A stretch of DNA of 64,000 bases from an uncultured Pseudomonadota bacterium. Lineage in GTDB: Bacteria; Pseudomonadota; Gammaproteobacteria; Methylococcales; Methylomonadaceae. Under the pieces are notes generated by a model. That model saw only the letters and a list, made by a program, of their open reading frames with translations, searched no databases and had not been told where the DNA came from. Below are positions 37,658 through 46,261 of this stretch, one piece after another. The first letter of the stretch is position 1. Each line of letters begins with the position of its first letter. The position numbers and the translations under genes were made by a program. The DNA is taken from NCBI GenBank assembly GCA_903867225.1, contig CAIPQN010000042.1, forward strand, positions 102,992 through 166,991, written 5' to 3'.

Positions 37658-38288
37658 ATTTTTAATTGTGCTTTTGTTGACGATTTCACAATCAAGTTTT
37701 GCGACCATGCAAATGGACGAAAAAGGCATGGTGATGAATGCGAATCCCGATAATTTGCCAAAAGATTGCCCTCAAATTTCTGAAACAGTGGATTTGACGA
37801 TTCACGCTGGGCATAAATATGCGACGAAATTTAACGACAAAATGTTTGCTTTTGATCAACAACAATGGGATGTGAAACCGTGCGCTAAAATAAATATTAC
37901 GTTTATCAATGATGATCAAATTCGTCACCAATTTATGATTCATGGTTTACCTGGTTATTTGTATCCTGATGGAATGTTACATTTGGAACTTTATGGTGAA
38001 GGAGAATTGCACGCGAGTTTAATTATGCCTAGCAAAAAAAAGACATATTTGGTGCATTGCGAGTTGGCACAGCATGCGGAAAAAGGAATGAAAGCGCAGT
38101 TAAAAGTAGGGGGGGGGGATGGTGATTTGCCAAGCGTTCCTGGGATTACTTCGCCAATAAAAGAAAATCCTTATTTGTTTGATTGGACAGTATTTAAACT
38201 AGGAGGAATAGTTATTTTATTTGCTATTTCAGTAATTACAATTGGAGGACGCGGACTAATAATGCGTTATTTTGATCGGCATAAATGA
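37644..38288 (+). CDS. Membrane-tethered type-1 (blue) copper protein, cupredoxin fold
   Basis: 214 aa. Signal peptide (..LLLTISQSSFA), candidate T1 ligands IRHQFMIHG ... HCELAQHAEKGM (Cys-x4-His-x4-Met), a Gly-rich linker, and a C-terminal TM (LGGIVILFAISVITIGG). 14-bp overlap with the MCO gene. Confidence 0.75.
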   Translation: MKKNKFLIVLLLTISQSSFATMQMDEKGMVMNANPDNLPKDCPQISETVDLTIHAGHKYATKFNDKMFAFDQQQWDVKPCAKINITFINDDQIRHQFMIHGLPGYLYPDGMLHLELYGEGELHASLIMPSKKKTYLVHCELAQHAEKGMKAQLKVGGGDGDLPSVPGITSPIKENPYLFDWTVFKLGGIVILFAISVITIGGRGLIMRYFDRHK

Positions 38289-38359
38289 ATGAGTTTTTTA
38301 TTTGATTTTGTGTATAAAAAGATTGTGTGTCATTTAGAAAATTATTTAGAGCATTGTTG

Positions 38360-38387
38360 TTGACAACAAAGAATGAACTGGTAGACT
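38360..38387 (+). promoter_or_regulatory. Candidate sigma-70 promoter for pmoCAB: TTGACA-N16-TAGACT
   Basis: Perfect -35 hexamer and 4/6 -10 hexamer, about 120 nt upstream of the pmoC ATG. By-eye call only. Confidence 0.35.
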
Positions 38388-38507
38388 TGCAACCGCTAAA
38401 TGGAGTTGCGACAATTTGACGCAGATAACGTTCAAATTGTGCAGAAATGGATGTTGAAAACATTGACTCCCGAAAAATCGGGGATTTAGTAATTTTAGGA
38501 GGTAGAA

Positions 38508-39260
38508 ATGGCAGCTACAACTGAATCAGTGAAAGCTGATGCTGCGGAAGCACCGCTTTTAAACAAAAAAAATATGTTCGCAGGCGCAGCACTTTACATC
38601 GTGTTTTACGCATGGGTTCGTTGGTATGAAGGTGTCTACGGCTGGTCAGCTGGTTTAGATTCATTCGCACCTGAATTTGAAACATACTGGATGAACTTCA
38701 TGTACATCGAGATGGTTCTTGAAGTTATAACTGCATCTGTATTGTGGGGTTATATCTGGAAAACTCGTGACCGTAAAGTGATGTCAATCACTCCACGTGA
38801 AGAATTAAGAAGACATTTCACACATTGGATTTGGTTGGTAATGTATGCTATCGCAGTTTACTACGGCGCATCTTACTTCACTGAACAAGATGGTACATGG
38901 CACCAAACAATCGTTCGTGATACCGACTTTACTCCAAGTCACATCATTGAATTTTACTTGAGCTACCCAATCTATATTATTACTGGTGTTTCTGCGTTCT
39001 TATATGCAAAAACAAGATTGCCAACCTACCAACAAGGTTTGTCTTTACAGTACATGGTATCAGTTATCGGTCCTTTCATGATTCTTCCAAACGTAGGTTT
39101 GAATGAATGGGGTCACACTTTCTGGTTCATGGAAGAATTATTCGTTGCTCCTTTACACTACGGTTTCGTATTCTTCGGATGGGCTACTTTAGGTGTATTA
39201 GGTGTTGTGAATACAGAAGTTGGCGCATTGTCAAAACTTTTGAAAAAAGACTTAGCGTAA
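38508..39260 (+). CDS. pmoC: Particulate methane monooxygenase subunit C
   Basis: 250 aa with strong AGGAGG RBS. PmoC/AmoC-type sequence (YAWVRWYEGVYGWSAGLDSFAPEFETYWMNFMY..., TWHQTIVRDTDFTPSHIIEFY, EWGHTFWFMEELFVAPLHYGFV). A gammaproteobacterial AMO cannot be formally excluded without a phylogeny. Confidence 0.95.
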   Translation: MAATTESVKADAAEAPLLNKKNMFAGAALYIVFYAWVRWYEGVYGWSAGLDSFAPEFETYWMNFMYIEMVLEVITASVLWGYIWKTRDRKVMSITPREELRRHFTHWIWLVMYAIAVYYGASYFTEQDGTWHQTIVRDTDFTPSHIIEFYLSYPIYIITGVSAFLYAKTRLPTYQQGLSLQYMVSVIGPFMILPNVGLNEWGHTFWFMEELFVAPLHYGFVFFGWATLGVLGVVNTEVGALSKLLKKDLA

Positions 39261-39280
39261 TCTAAGCTCTCGGTTGTAAT

Positions 39281-39337
39281 TACTATCTCCCGCTGCCTTA
39301 TCTTTATTTGGTAAGGCAGTAAAAGAGGCAGATAGTA
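39281..39337 (+). other. Nested stem-loop in the pmoC-pmoA spacer (possible processing/stability element)
   Basis: Outer stem TACTATCT/AGATAGTA (39281-88 / 39330-37) and inner stem CTGCCTTA/TAAGGCAG (39293-39300 / 39312-19). Confidence 0.4.
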
Positions 39338-39373
39338 AAAATAAAAATAATTTAAATCCTTAGGAGGTAAGCT

Positions 39374-40123
39374 ATGAGCGCATCTCAATCAGCTGTACGG
39401 TCACGTGCTGAAGCAGTAAAAGTTTCACGCACATTTGACTGGATGATTTTGTTTACGTTGTTCTTCGTTGTATTAGGTGGTTACCATATTCACTATATGT
39501 TAACTGGCGGTGATTGGGATTTTTGGACTGATTGGAAAGATCGTCGTCTATGGGTAACAGTTGCACCAATCGTGTCAATTACTTTCCCTGCTGCTGTTCA
39601 AGCATGTTTGTGGTATCGCTACCGTTTGCCGTTTGGCGCAGTAGTTTGTGTATTAGGCTTGTTATTAGGTGAATGGGTTAACCGTTACTTAAACTTCTGG
39701 GGCTGGACATACTTCCCAGTTAACTTCTGCTTCCCTTCAAACTTGATTCCTGGTGCTATCGTATTAGACGGCATTATGTTATTAGGTGGCAGCATGACCT
39801 TGACTGCTGTTGTTGGCGGTTTGGCATGGGGCTTATTGTTCTACCCAGGTAACTGGCCAATCATTGCTCCATTACATGTTCCTGTTGAATACAACGGCAT
39901 GATGATGACTTTGGCTGACTTACAAGGTTACAACTATGTTAGAACTGGTACACCTGAATACATCCGTATGGTTGAAAAAGGTACATTAAGAACTTTCGGT
40001 AAAGACGTTGCTCCTGTATCTGCGTTCTTCTCTGGTTTCGTAAGTATCATTATCTACTTCTTGTGGCACTTCTTTGGTCGTTGGTTTGCTGGTACAAGTT
40101 TCGTCAGCAGCGAAAACATCTAA
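39374..40123 (+). CDS. pmoA: Particulate methane monooxygenase subunit A
   Basis: 249 aa with AGGAGG RBS. Near-collinear by eye with type I PmoA (MSASQSAVRSRAEAVKVSRTFDWM..GDWDFWTDWKDRRLWVTV...NWPIIAPLHVPVEYNGMMMTLADLQGYNYVRTGTPEYIRMVEKGTLRTFGKDVAPVSAFF). Confidence 0.96.
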   Translation: MSASQSAVRSRAEAVKVSRTFDWMILFTLFFVVLGGYHIHYMLTGGDWDFWTDWKDRRLWVTVAPIVSITFPAAVQACLWYRYRLPFGAVVCVLGLLLGEWVNRYLNFWGWTYFPVNFCFPSNLIPGAIVLDGIMLLGGSMTLTAVVGGLAWGLLFYPGNWPIIAPLHVPVEYNGMMMTLADLQGYNYVRTGTPEYIRMVEKGTLRTFGKDVAPVSAFFSGFVSIIIYFLWHFFGRWFAGTSFVSSENI

Positions 40124-40152
40124 TTGTAAGAATTTTTCCACTAGGGGGATAT

Positions 40153-41397
40153 ATGAAATTATTAAAAGACAAAGTAGCTAAATTGTCATTTGTCGCATTG
40201 TTGGCGGCATCATCAGCTGCAATGCTTTACACACCAACAGCTGCTGCTCACGGTGAAAAATCACAAGCAGCGTTCATGCGTATGCGTACTATTCACTGGT
40301 TTGACATGAATTGGTCAAAAGAAGAAGTGAAAGTTAACGATACAATGACACTTTCTGGTAAATTCTTTGTTTTTCAAGGTTGGCCAGAAACTGTTGATAA
40401 ACCAGAAGTTGCTTTCTTAAACGTTGGTGAGCCTGGTGCTGTGTTCATTCGTCAAGGTTCTTGGATTGGTGGTCAATTAGTGCCACGTTCAGTATCTTTA
40501 GAATTGGGCGAAACCTACGAATTCAAAGTATTGTTGAAAGCACGTCGTCCAGGTGACTGGCACGTTCATGCGATGATGAACGTTCAAGGCGGTGGTCCAA
40601 TTATTGGTCCTGGTAAATGGACAACCATTACTGGATCTATGAGAGACTTCGTTAACCCTGTTACTACTTTGACAGGTGAAACTCTTGATCTTGAAACTTA
40701 CAACTTAGAAAACACTTACTTCTGGCACGCTTTATGGTATGCCTTAGGTTTAGCGTGGTTAGCTTACTGGATTCGTAAACCAATGTTCATTCCGCGTTCA
40801 ATCGCGATTGAATCAGGTAAAGCGAATACTTTGATTACAGCCACCGACAGAAAAGTTGGTATGGCGTTTGTAGCTGGTACTATTGCAATCGTTGCAACAG
40901 CTATGACATCAACAAATGAAAAATACCCAATTACAACACCATTACAAGCTGGTTTGTTACGTGGTATGAAACCATTTGAAATGCCTGCTAAAACTGTTAC
41001 TGTTAAAGTTGAAGACGCAACATACCGTGTACCAGGTCGTGCTATGCAAATGACCTTGAAAATCACTAACAATGGCGATTCTGCCGTTCGTTTAGGTGAA
41101 TTCAACACTGCTTCTGTTCGTTTCTTAGACTCAGCGGTATTAGAAGATACAACTAGCTATCCAGATGACTTGTTGGCTGAAGATGGTTTAACTGTTAGCG
41201 ATAACAGTCCATTAGCTCCAGGTCAAACAAGAACTGTTCAAGTTACTGCGTCTGACGCGGCTTGGGAAGTTTACCGTTTAGCAGATTTGATTTATGATCC
41301 AGACAGCCGTTTTGCTGGTTTGTTGTTCTTCTTTGATGAAGCTGGTAAACGTCAAATGATTACTGTGGATGCACCGTTAATTCCTGTATTCATCTAA
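40153..41397 (+). CDS. pmoB: Particulate methane monooxygenase subunit B
   Basis: Start set at ATG 40153 (MKLLKDKVAKLSF.., GGGGGA RBS). Signal peptide ends ..TAAA, followed by HGEKSQAAFMRMRT (N-terminal His ligand). Also DWHVHAMMNVQGGGP (His-x-His). The track start 40063 would overlap pmoA. Confidence 0.96.
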   Translation: MKLLKDKVAKLSFVALLAASSAAMLYTPTAAAHGEKSQAAFMRMRTIHWFDMNWSKEEVKVNDTMTLSGKFFVFQGWPETVDKPEVAFLNVGEPGAVFIRQGSWIGGQLVPRSVSLELGETYEFKVLLKARRPGDWHVHAMMNVQGGGPIIGPGKWTTITGSMRDFVNPVTTLTGETLDLETYNLENTYFWHALWYALGLAWLAYWIRKPMFIPRSIAIESGKANTLITATDRKVGMAFVAGTIAIVATAMTSTNEKYPITTPLQAGLLRGMKPFEMPAKTVTVKVEDATYRVPGRAMQMTLKITNNGDSAVRLGEFNTASVRFLDSAVLEDTTSYPDDLLAEDGLTVSDNSPLAPGQTRTVQVTASDAAWEVYRLADLIYDPDSRFAGLLFFFDEAGKRQMITVDAPLIPVFI

Positions 41398-41426
41398 TCG
41401 TTTAGCGCAAGCTATCTGAAAAGACA

Positions 41427-41462
41427 AAACCCCCATTGTTTTAAAACAGTGGGGGTTTTTTT
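41427..41462 (+). terminator. Rho-independent terminator after pmoB
   Basis: AAAACCCCCATTG-ttttaaaa-CAGTGGGGGTTTT followed by additional T residues, about 30 nt after the stop codon. Confidence 0.8.
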
Positions 41463-41659
41463 GTTGAGTTTAGTAGATAATTCAAACACAAAATAGTGTG
41501 AAACCATAACATATTGTAATAGCATTACATTCTCGTGATTATTGAATGGCTTAAATCAATACACTAGATTAGCCCAATCTGCTTTGCGCTATTTTCTGTA
41601 GGTATCATCCAAAATTCTATTATTACCAAGTAGTTTTTTTCAATTCACTTTAAAACCAC

Positions 41660-43234
41660 ATGACAAACATTCATTCAGACAAAATTTTAATTCTTGATTT
41701 CGGTTCACAGTACACGCAGTTAATTGCCCGTCGCATTCGTGAAATTGGCGTGTATTGCGAAATTTATTCGTGCGAATGCACCGATGCTGAAATTCAAAAT
41801 TTCGCACCAAAGGGTATCATCTTATCGGGCGGTCCAGAAAGTGTCACTGAAGGCAATACGCCACGTGCGCCACGCAGTGTTTTTGAGTTAGGCGTTCCTG
41901 TTTTAGGGATTTGCTACGGAATGCAAACGATGACCGAACAACTCGGTGGCAAAGTTGAAACCTCCAATCACCGCGAATTTGGTTACGCACAAATTCGAGC
42001 GCGTGGACATTCCAAATTATTGTCGGGTATCGAAGATCATCTTTCAGAAGAAGGTTTTGGCTTGCTGGATGTTTGGATGAGTCACGGCGACCGCGTGGTG
42101 GATTTGCCTGAAGGATTTAAATTGATTGCCAGTTCAGAAGGTGCTCCAATTGCAGGCATGGCGAATGAGGACAAAAATTTCTACGCGCTGCAATTTCATC
42201 CCGAAGTCACACACACCAAACAAGGCGGACGGATTTTGTCACGTTTTGCGTTAGAAATTTGTGGTTGTGCGGCGTTGTGGAATTCCAACAACATCATCGA
42301 GGATAGTATTAAAGCTGTTCGTGAAAAAGTCGGTAATGACGAAGTGATTTTAGGATTATCAGGCGGCGTAGATTCATCAGTGGTGGCTGCGTTATTACAC
42401 AAAGCTATTGGCTCGCAACTTATCTGCGTTTTTGTAGATACGGGTTTATTGCGCTTGAATGAAGGCGACCAAGTGATGGCAATTTTTGCTGAAAATCTAG
42501 GCGTGAAAGTGATTCGTGTGAACGCCGAAGAACGTTATTTAACGGCATTAGCAGGCGAAAATGACCCAGAAAAAAAACGTAAAATTATTGGAAATTTGTT
42601 TATTGAAATTTTTGATGAAGAAGCTGCAAAATTAGCTAACGCTAAATGGCTCGCACAAGGCACGATTTATCCTGATGTGATTGAATCGGCGGGTGCGAAA
42701 AGTGGTAAAGCGCATTTAATCAAATCGCATCACAACGTTGGAGGCTTGCCTGAAAATATGACCTTGAAATTGGTTGAACCTTTGCGCGAATTATTCAAGG
42801 ACGAAGTGCGAAAATTAGGCGTAGAACTTGGTTTGCCAGCGGATATGGTTTATCGTCATCCGTTCCCTGGACCTGGATTGGGGGTACGAATTTTGGGTGA
42901 AGTGAAAAAAGAATTTGCCGATTTATTACGTCAAGCCGATGCAATTTTTATCGAAGAGCTTTATAGAAATGATTTATACGACAAAGTGAGTCAAGCGTTT
43001 GCGGTTTTTTTACCCGTTAAATCCGTTGGCGTAATGGGTGACGGGAGACGTTATGATTATGTGATTGCGATTAGAGCGGTGGAAACCATCGATTTTATGA
43101 CCGCTCGCTGGGCGCATTTGCCGTATGAATTTTTAGATTTGATTTCACGCCGAATTATTAACGAAGTCGCTGGAATTTCGCGTGTCACTTACGACATTTC
43201 TGGTAAGCCACCCGCCACAATTGAATGGGAATAA
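41660..43234 (+). CDS. guaA: GMP synthase (glutamine-hydrolysing)
   Basis: 524 aa. GATase domain ([31 protein letters not shown]), ATP-PPase SGGVDSSV, and C-terminal ..[10 protein letters not shown]. Confidence 0.97.
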   Translation: MTNIHSDKILILDFGSQYTQLIARRIREIGVYCEIYSCECTDAEIQNFAPKGIILSGGPESVTEGNTPRAPRSVFELGVPVLGICYGMQTMTEQLGGKVETSNHREFGYAQIRARGHSKLLSGIEDHLSEEGFGLLDVWMSHGDRVVDLPEGFKLIASSEGAPIAGMANEDKNFYALQFHPEVTHTKQGGRILSRFALEICGCAALWNSNNIIEDSIKAVREKVGNDEVILGLSGGVDSSVVAALLHKAIGSQLICVFVDTGLLRLNEGDQVMAIFAENLGVKVIRVNAEERYLTALAGENDPEKKRKIIGNLFIEIFDEEAAKLANAKWLAQGTIYPDVIESAGAKSGKAHLIKSHHNVGGLPENMTLKLVEPLRELFKDEVRKLGVELGLPADMVYRHPFPGPGLGVRILGEVKKEFADLLRQADAIFIEELYRNDLYDKVSQAFAVFLPVKSVGVMGDGRRYDYVIAIRAVETIDFMTARWAHLPYEFLDLISRRIINEVAGISRVTYDISGKPPATIEWE

Positions 43235-43360
43235 GCGAATTTTATAATTCAATTTAATTTCAAACAGTTAATTTTTGTCCAATCTAATTACATGTTAAAT
43301 GTAAGTGATTGATTTTAATGCGACCACAAAAATTTATGGAATAGTTAGAGGTTAATCATT

Positions 43361-46261
43361 ATGACAAATCAAACATTGACTTCATTTGCAACACAATTAA
43401 CATCGACAGTAGGTAGTACGCCTTATGCAGTAGTTACTGGCGATTTAAATCACGATGGTAAAATTGATTTAATTACCGCTAATTCAGAAGGAAACACAGT
43501 TTCAGTTTTATTGCGTAATGCTGCTAACACAGGTTTTAATAGCAAAATTGATTATACAACCAGTAATAATCCCGTAGATGTTTGTGTTGGTGATTTTAAT
43601 GGTGATGGAAAACTTGATTTAGCAACAGCAAATCAAAGAAGCAACAATGTATCGGTGTTATTACGAAACTCAACTAACACAGAGTTTGATACAAAAATTG
43701 ATTATGTAACGGGGTCAAGTCCATCTGTTATTGGCGCAGGCGATTTTAATCATGACGGAAAAATTGACCTTGCTGTTGTTAATTCTATAAGTAACACGGT
43801 TTCCATATTTTTACGCAATACAATTAACACTGATTTTGAAACGCGGGTTGATTACACAACAGGTGCTACACCTTCTTCAATAGCCATTGGCGATGTCAAT
43901 AATGATGGCAACTCAGATTTAGTCATTGCCAATAGTTCTGCCAATACCATATCAATTTTATTGGGTAATGGAACAGGCGGATTTGCTAATAAAAAAGATT
44001 ACGTTACAGGAACATCGCCAATTTCTGTTTGTGTCGGTGATTTTAATGGAGATGGAAAAGTTGATTTTGCTGCGGCGAATCTTTTTAGTAATAACATTTC
44101 GGTCTTTTTACGAAATTCAGCAAACACTGATTTTGAAAATAAATCTGATTACGCTGCTATAAATCCTTATTCAATTAGTGCAACTGATTTTAATGACGAT
44201 GGAAAAACGGATTTAAGCGTTGCGAACAATTTTAGTCACAGCGTTTCAGTGTTTTTACGGAGTACAGATAATTCACGTTTTGATGCGAACATTGATTACG
44301 CGACAGACTCCTATCCGCGTTCTGTTAAAGCTGCCGACTTTAACGGCGACGGTAAAATAGATTTAGTGACTGCAAATAGTGGTGACAACGATGTTTCGGT
44401 TTTACTTAATACATCAGTCACAATTGATTCTTCGTTAGTCCCTCAAACCCTACCTACGGGTCTGGTTATTATTTCGGGAAATACAGCACAAAATGAAACA
44501 TTAACAGCAAGTAATAATCTAAGCGACATCAATGGGCTAGGTGAAATTAGCTATCAATGGTTAAAAAATGGTATTTCGCTTAGAGGGGCAAATAGCGCGA
44601 ATTATGTATTAACGCAAGCCGATGTTGGAAAAACGATTAGTGTAATTGCACGTTACATAGATGGCATTGGTGCAACAGAAAGTGTTTCAAGTAATGCCAC
44701 TGTAACTATTTCAAACGTTAATGATATGCCGACAGGTGCTGTCATAATTACAGGTACTGCAAAACAAAATGAAACATTGACCGTTTCAAATTTTTTAGCA
44801 GATGTTGATGGAATTGGTGTAATAAATTATCAATGGTTGCGTGATGGCGTAATTATCACAGGAGCAAATCAAGAAACATATTTGCTAACACAAACGGATG
44901 CAAATAAAAAAATAACTGTTAGCGCGAGTTACATTGATGGGTTCGGTACATTTGAAAGTATTTTGAGCGAAACTACATCGAATGTTGAAGCTGTGATTGT
45001 TAAACCAATTGAACCCGTTGTCGTTGTTAAACCAATTGAACCTGTTGTCGTTGTTAAGCCAATTGAACCTGTTGTCGTTGTTAAACCAATTGAACCCGTT
45101 GTCGCTGTTAAACCGATTGAGCCTGTTGTCGTTGTTAAACCAATTGAGCCTGTTATCGTTGTTAAACCGATTGAACCTGTTATCGTTGTTAAACCGATTG
45201 AACCTGTTGTCGTTGTTAAACCAATTGAAACTGTTGTCGTTGTTAAACCGATTGAACCTGTTGTCGTTGTTAAACCGATTGAACCTGTTGTCGTTGCTAA
45301 ACCAATTGAGCCTGTTGTCGTTGTTAAACCAATTGAACCCGTTGTCGTTGCTAAACCAATTGAACCTGTTGTCGTTGTTAAACCAATTGAACCTGTTGTC
45401 GTTGTTAAAGCGATTGAGCCTGTTGTCGTTTTTAAACCGATTGAACCCGTTGTCGTTGTTAATAATAAACCTACAGGAAGTATCGCTATTACTGGTCAAG
45501 TGGAAGAAAAACAGACCTTATCAATTAACAACACTCTTGCAGATAAAGATGGTTTAGGCGATTTTCATTATCAGTGGCTCCGTTCAGGTAAAATTATTGA
45601 ACAAGCAAATCAGGAAAAATACACGTTAATTCAAGATGATGTAGGTAAAAAAATCAGCGTAACCGTAAGTTTCACAGATAATAAAGGAACGGTTGAATCC
45701 AAAACAAGTGCTTCAACTTTAATGGTAAAAGATAGTCCGATTCAAGGTGAGATCAAAACAGGTGATGCTAAAAATAATACAATTATTGGTACTAATAAAA
45801 ATGATTTGCTACTTGGTTTAGCTGGAAGGGATACGCTTAATGGCGGTGCAGATAACGACACCTTGAGCGGTGGAGATGGTAACGATAGTTTAATCGGTGG
45901 ACTTGGATTTGATGAATTAACAGGTGGTGCGGGAGCTGATAAATTTGTTTTTACTGCACTTGCTGATGCTTCATTTTCAAAAACAAAAATGGACAAAATT
46001 ACTGATTTTAGTTTGGTAGAAAAAGATAAAATTGATCTTTCCAAAATTGATGCAAATAGTATTCAAACAGGCAATCAAGCATTTTCAAAACTCGTTATCG
46101 GGAAAACTTTTATGAATAACGAGTTTACAAAACAAGGTCAATTATTTTTTGCCAGTGATAGTGGAATTTTATATGGCAATGTGGATAAAGACAGTTCCGC
46201 CGAATTTGCGATTAAAATAAGTGGCATTACAAATTTAGCCGTGACAGACATTATTTTGTAA
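43361..46261 (+). CDS. Secreted FG-GAP (seven-blade propeller) / YQW-repeat / Pro-Val-rich stalk / RTX protein, probable T1SS substrate
   Basis: Seven GDxNxDGKxDLxxAN...VSVLL blades. Three ~90-aa repeats with ..G.I.YQWL..G..I.GAN...Y.L...D.GK.I. Then 17x KPIEPVVVV. RTX nonapeptides (GGADNDTLSGGDGNDSLIGGLGFDELTGGAGADKF) and a serralysin-type C-terminus (DKITDF..DKIDLS...AVTDIIL). Confidence 0.85.
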   Translation: MTNQTLTSFATQLTSTVGSTPYAVVTGDLNHDGKIDLITANSEGNTVSVLLRNAANTGFNSKIDYTTSNNPVDVCVGDFNGDGKLDLATANQRSNNVSVLLRNSTNTEFDTKIDYVTGSSPSVIGAGDFNHDGKIDLAVVNSISNTVSIFLRNTINTDFETRVDYTTGATPSSIAIGDVNNDGNSDLVIANSSANTISILLGNGTGGFANKKDYVTGTSPISVCVGDFNGDGKVDFAAANLFSNNISVFLRNSANTDFENKSDYAAINPYSISATDFNDDGKTDLSVANNFSHSVSVFLRSTDNSRFDANIDYATDSYPRSVKAADFNGDGKIDLVTANSGDNDVSVLLNTSVTIDSSLVPQTLPTGLVIISGNTAQNETLTASNNLSDINGLGEISYQWLKNGISLRGANSANYVLTQADVGKTISVIARYIDGIGATESVSSNATVTISNVNDMPTGAVIITGTAKQNETLTVSNFLADVDGIGVINYQWLRDGVIITGANQETYLLTQTDANKKITVSASYIDGFGTFESILSETTSNVEAVIVKPIEPVVVVKPIEPVVVVKPIEPVVVVKPIEPVVAVKPIEPVVVVKPIEPVIVVKPIEPVIVVKPIEPVVVVKPIETVVVVKPIEPVVVVKPIEPVVVAKPIEPVVVVKPIEPVVVAKPIEPVVVVKPIEPVVVVKAIEPVVVFKPIEPVVVVNNKPTGSIAITGQVEEKQTLSINNTLADKDGLGDFHYQWLRSGKIIEQANQEKYTLIQDDVGKKISVTVSFTDNKGTVESKTSASTLMVKDSPIQGEIKTGDAKNNTIIGTNKNDLLLGLAGRDTLNGGADNDTLSGGDGNDSLIGGLGFDELTGGAGADKFVFTALADASFSKTKMDKITDFSLVEKDKIDLSKIDANSIQTGNQAFSKLVIGKTFMNNEFTKQGQLFFASDSGILYGNVDKDSSAEFAIKISGITNLAVTDIIL
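44999..45460 (+). repeat. Tandem repeat, 27-bp unit x ~17 (encodes VKPIEPVVV), near-identical copies
   Basis: GTTAAACCAATTGAACCTGTTGTCGTT is iterated with scattered synonymous or conservative changes (P->T, V->I/A/F). It generates long spurious ORFs in other frames and on the other strand. Confidence 0.95.

Noticed and set aside
38236-38463. 75-aa minus-strand ORF in the cupredoxin-pmoC spacer
   Set aside because: It occupies the AT-rich promoter/5' UTR region of pmoC and overlaps the cupredoxin 3' end. No RBS and low-complexity sequence.
39158-39388. 76-aa minus-strand ORF spanning the pmoC-pmoA spacer
   Set aside because: It is antisense to the pmoC 3' end and the pmoA start. The spacer is better explained by RNA structure plus the RBS.
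40063-40152. Upstream extension of pmoB (ORF-track start 40063)
   Set aside because: It would overlap the pmoA 3' end by 61 nt and add a non-signal-peptide leader. ATG 40153 has a G-rich RBS and gives a normal signal peptide ending before HGEKSQ.
38508-41397. Alternative identity of the CAB operon as pxmABC or as ammonia monooxygenase
   Set aside because: Gene order is C-A-B, not A-B-C as in pxm. PmoA/PmoB look like type I methanotroph sequences by eye, and no amoD/E-like or hao genes follow. AMO of a Nitrosococcus-like organism cannot be strictly excluded without a phylogeny.
44885-45557. Long ORFs 44885..45499 (-) and 44997..45557 (+), with NNDNRFNRF.. and LLNQLNLLSLL.. repeats
   Set aside because: They are alternative-frame and antisense read-throughs of the 27-bp tandem repeat inside the 966-aa gene. 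The 966-aa frame continues into recognisable domains on both sides, and these ORFs do not.
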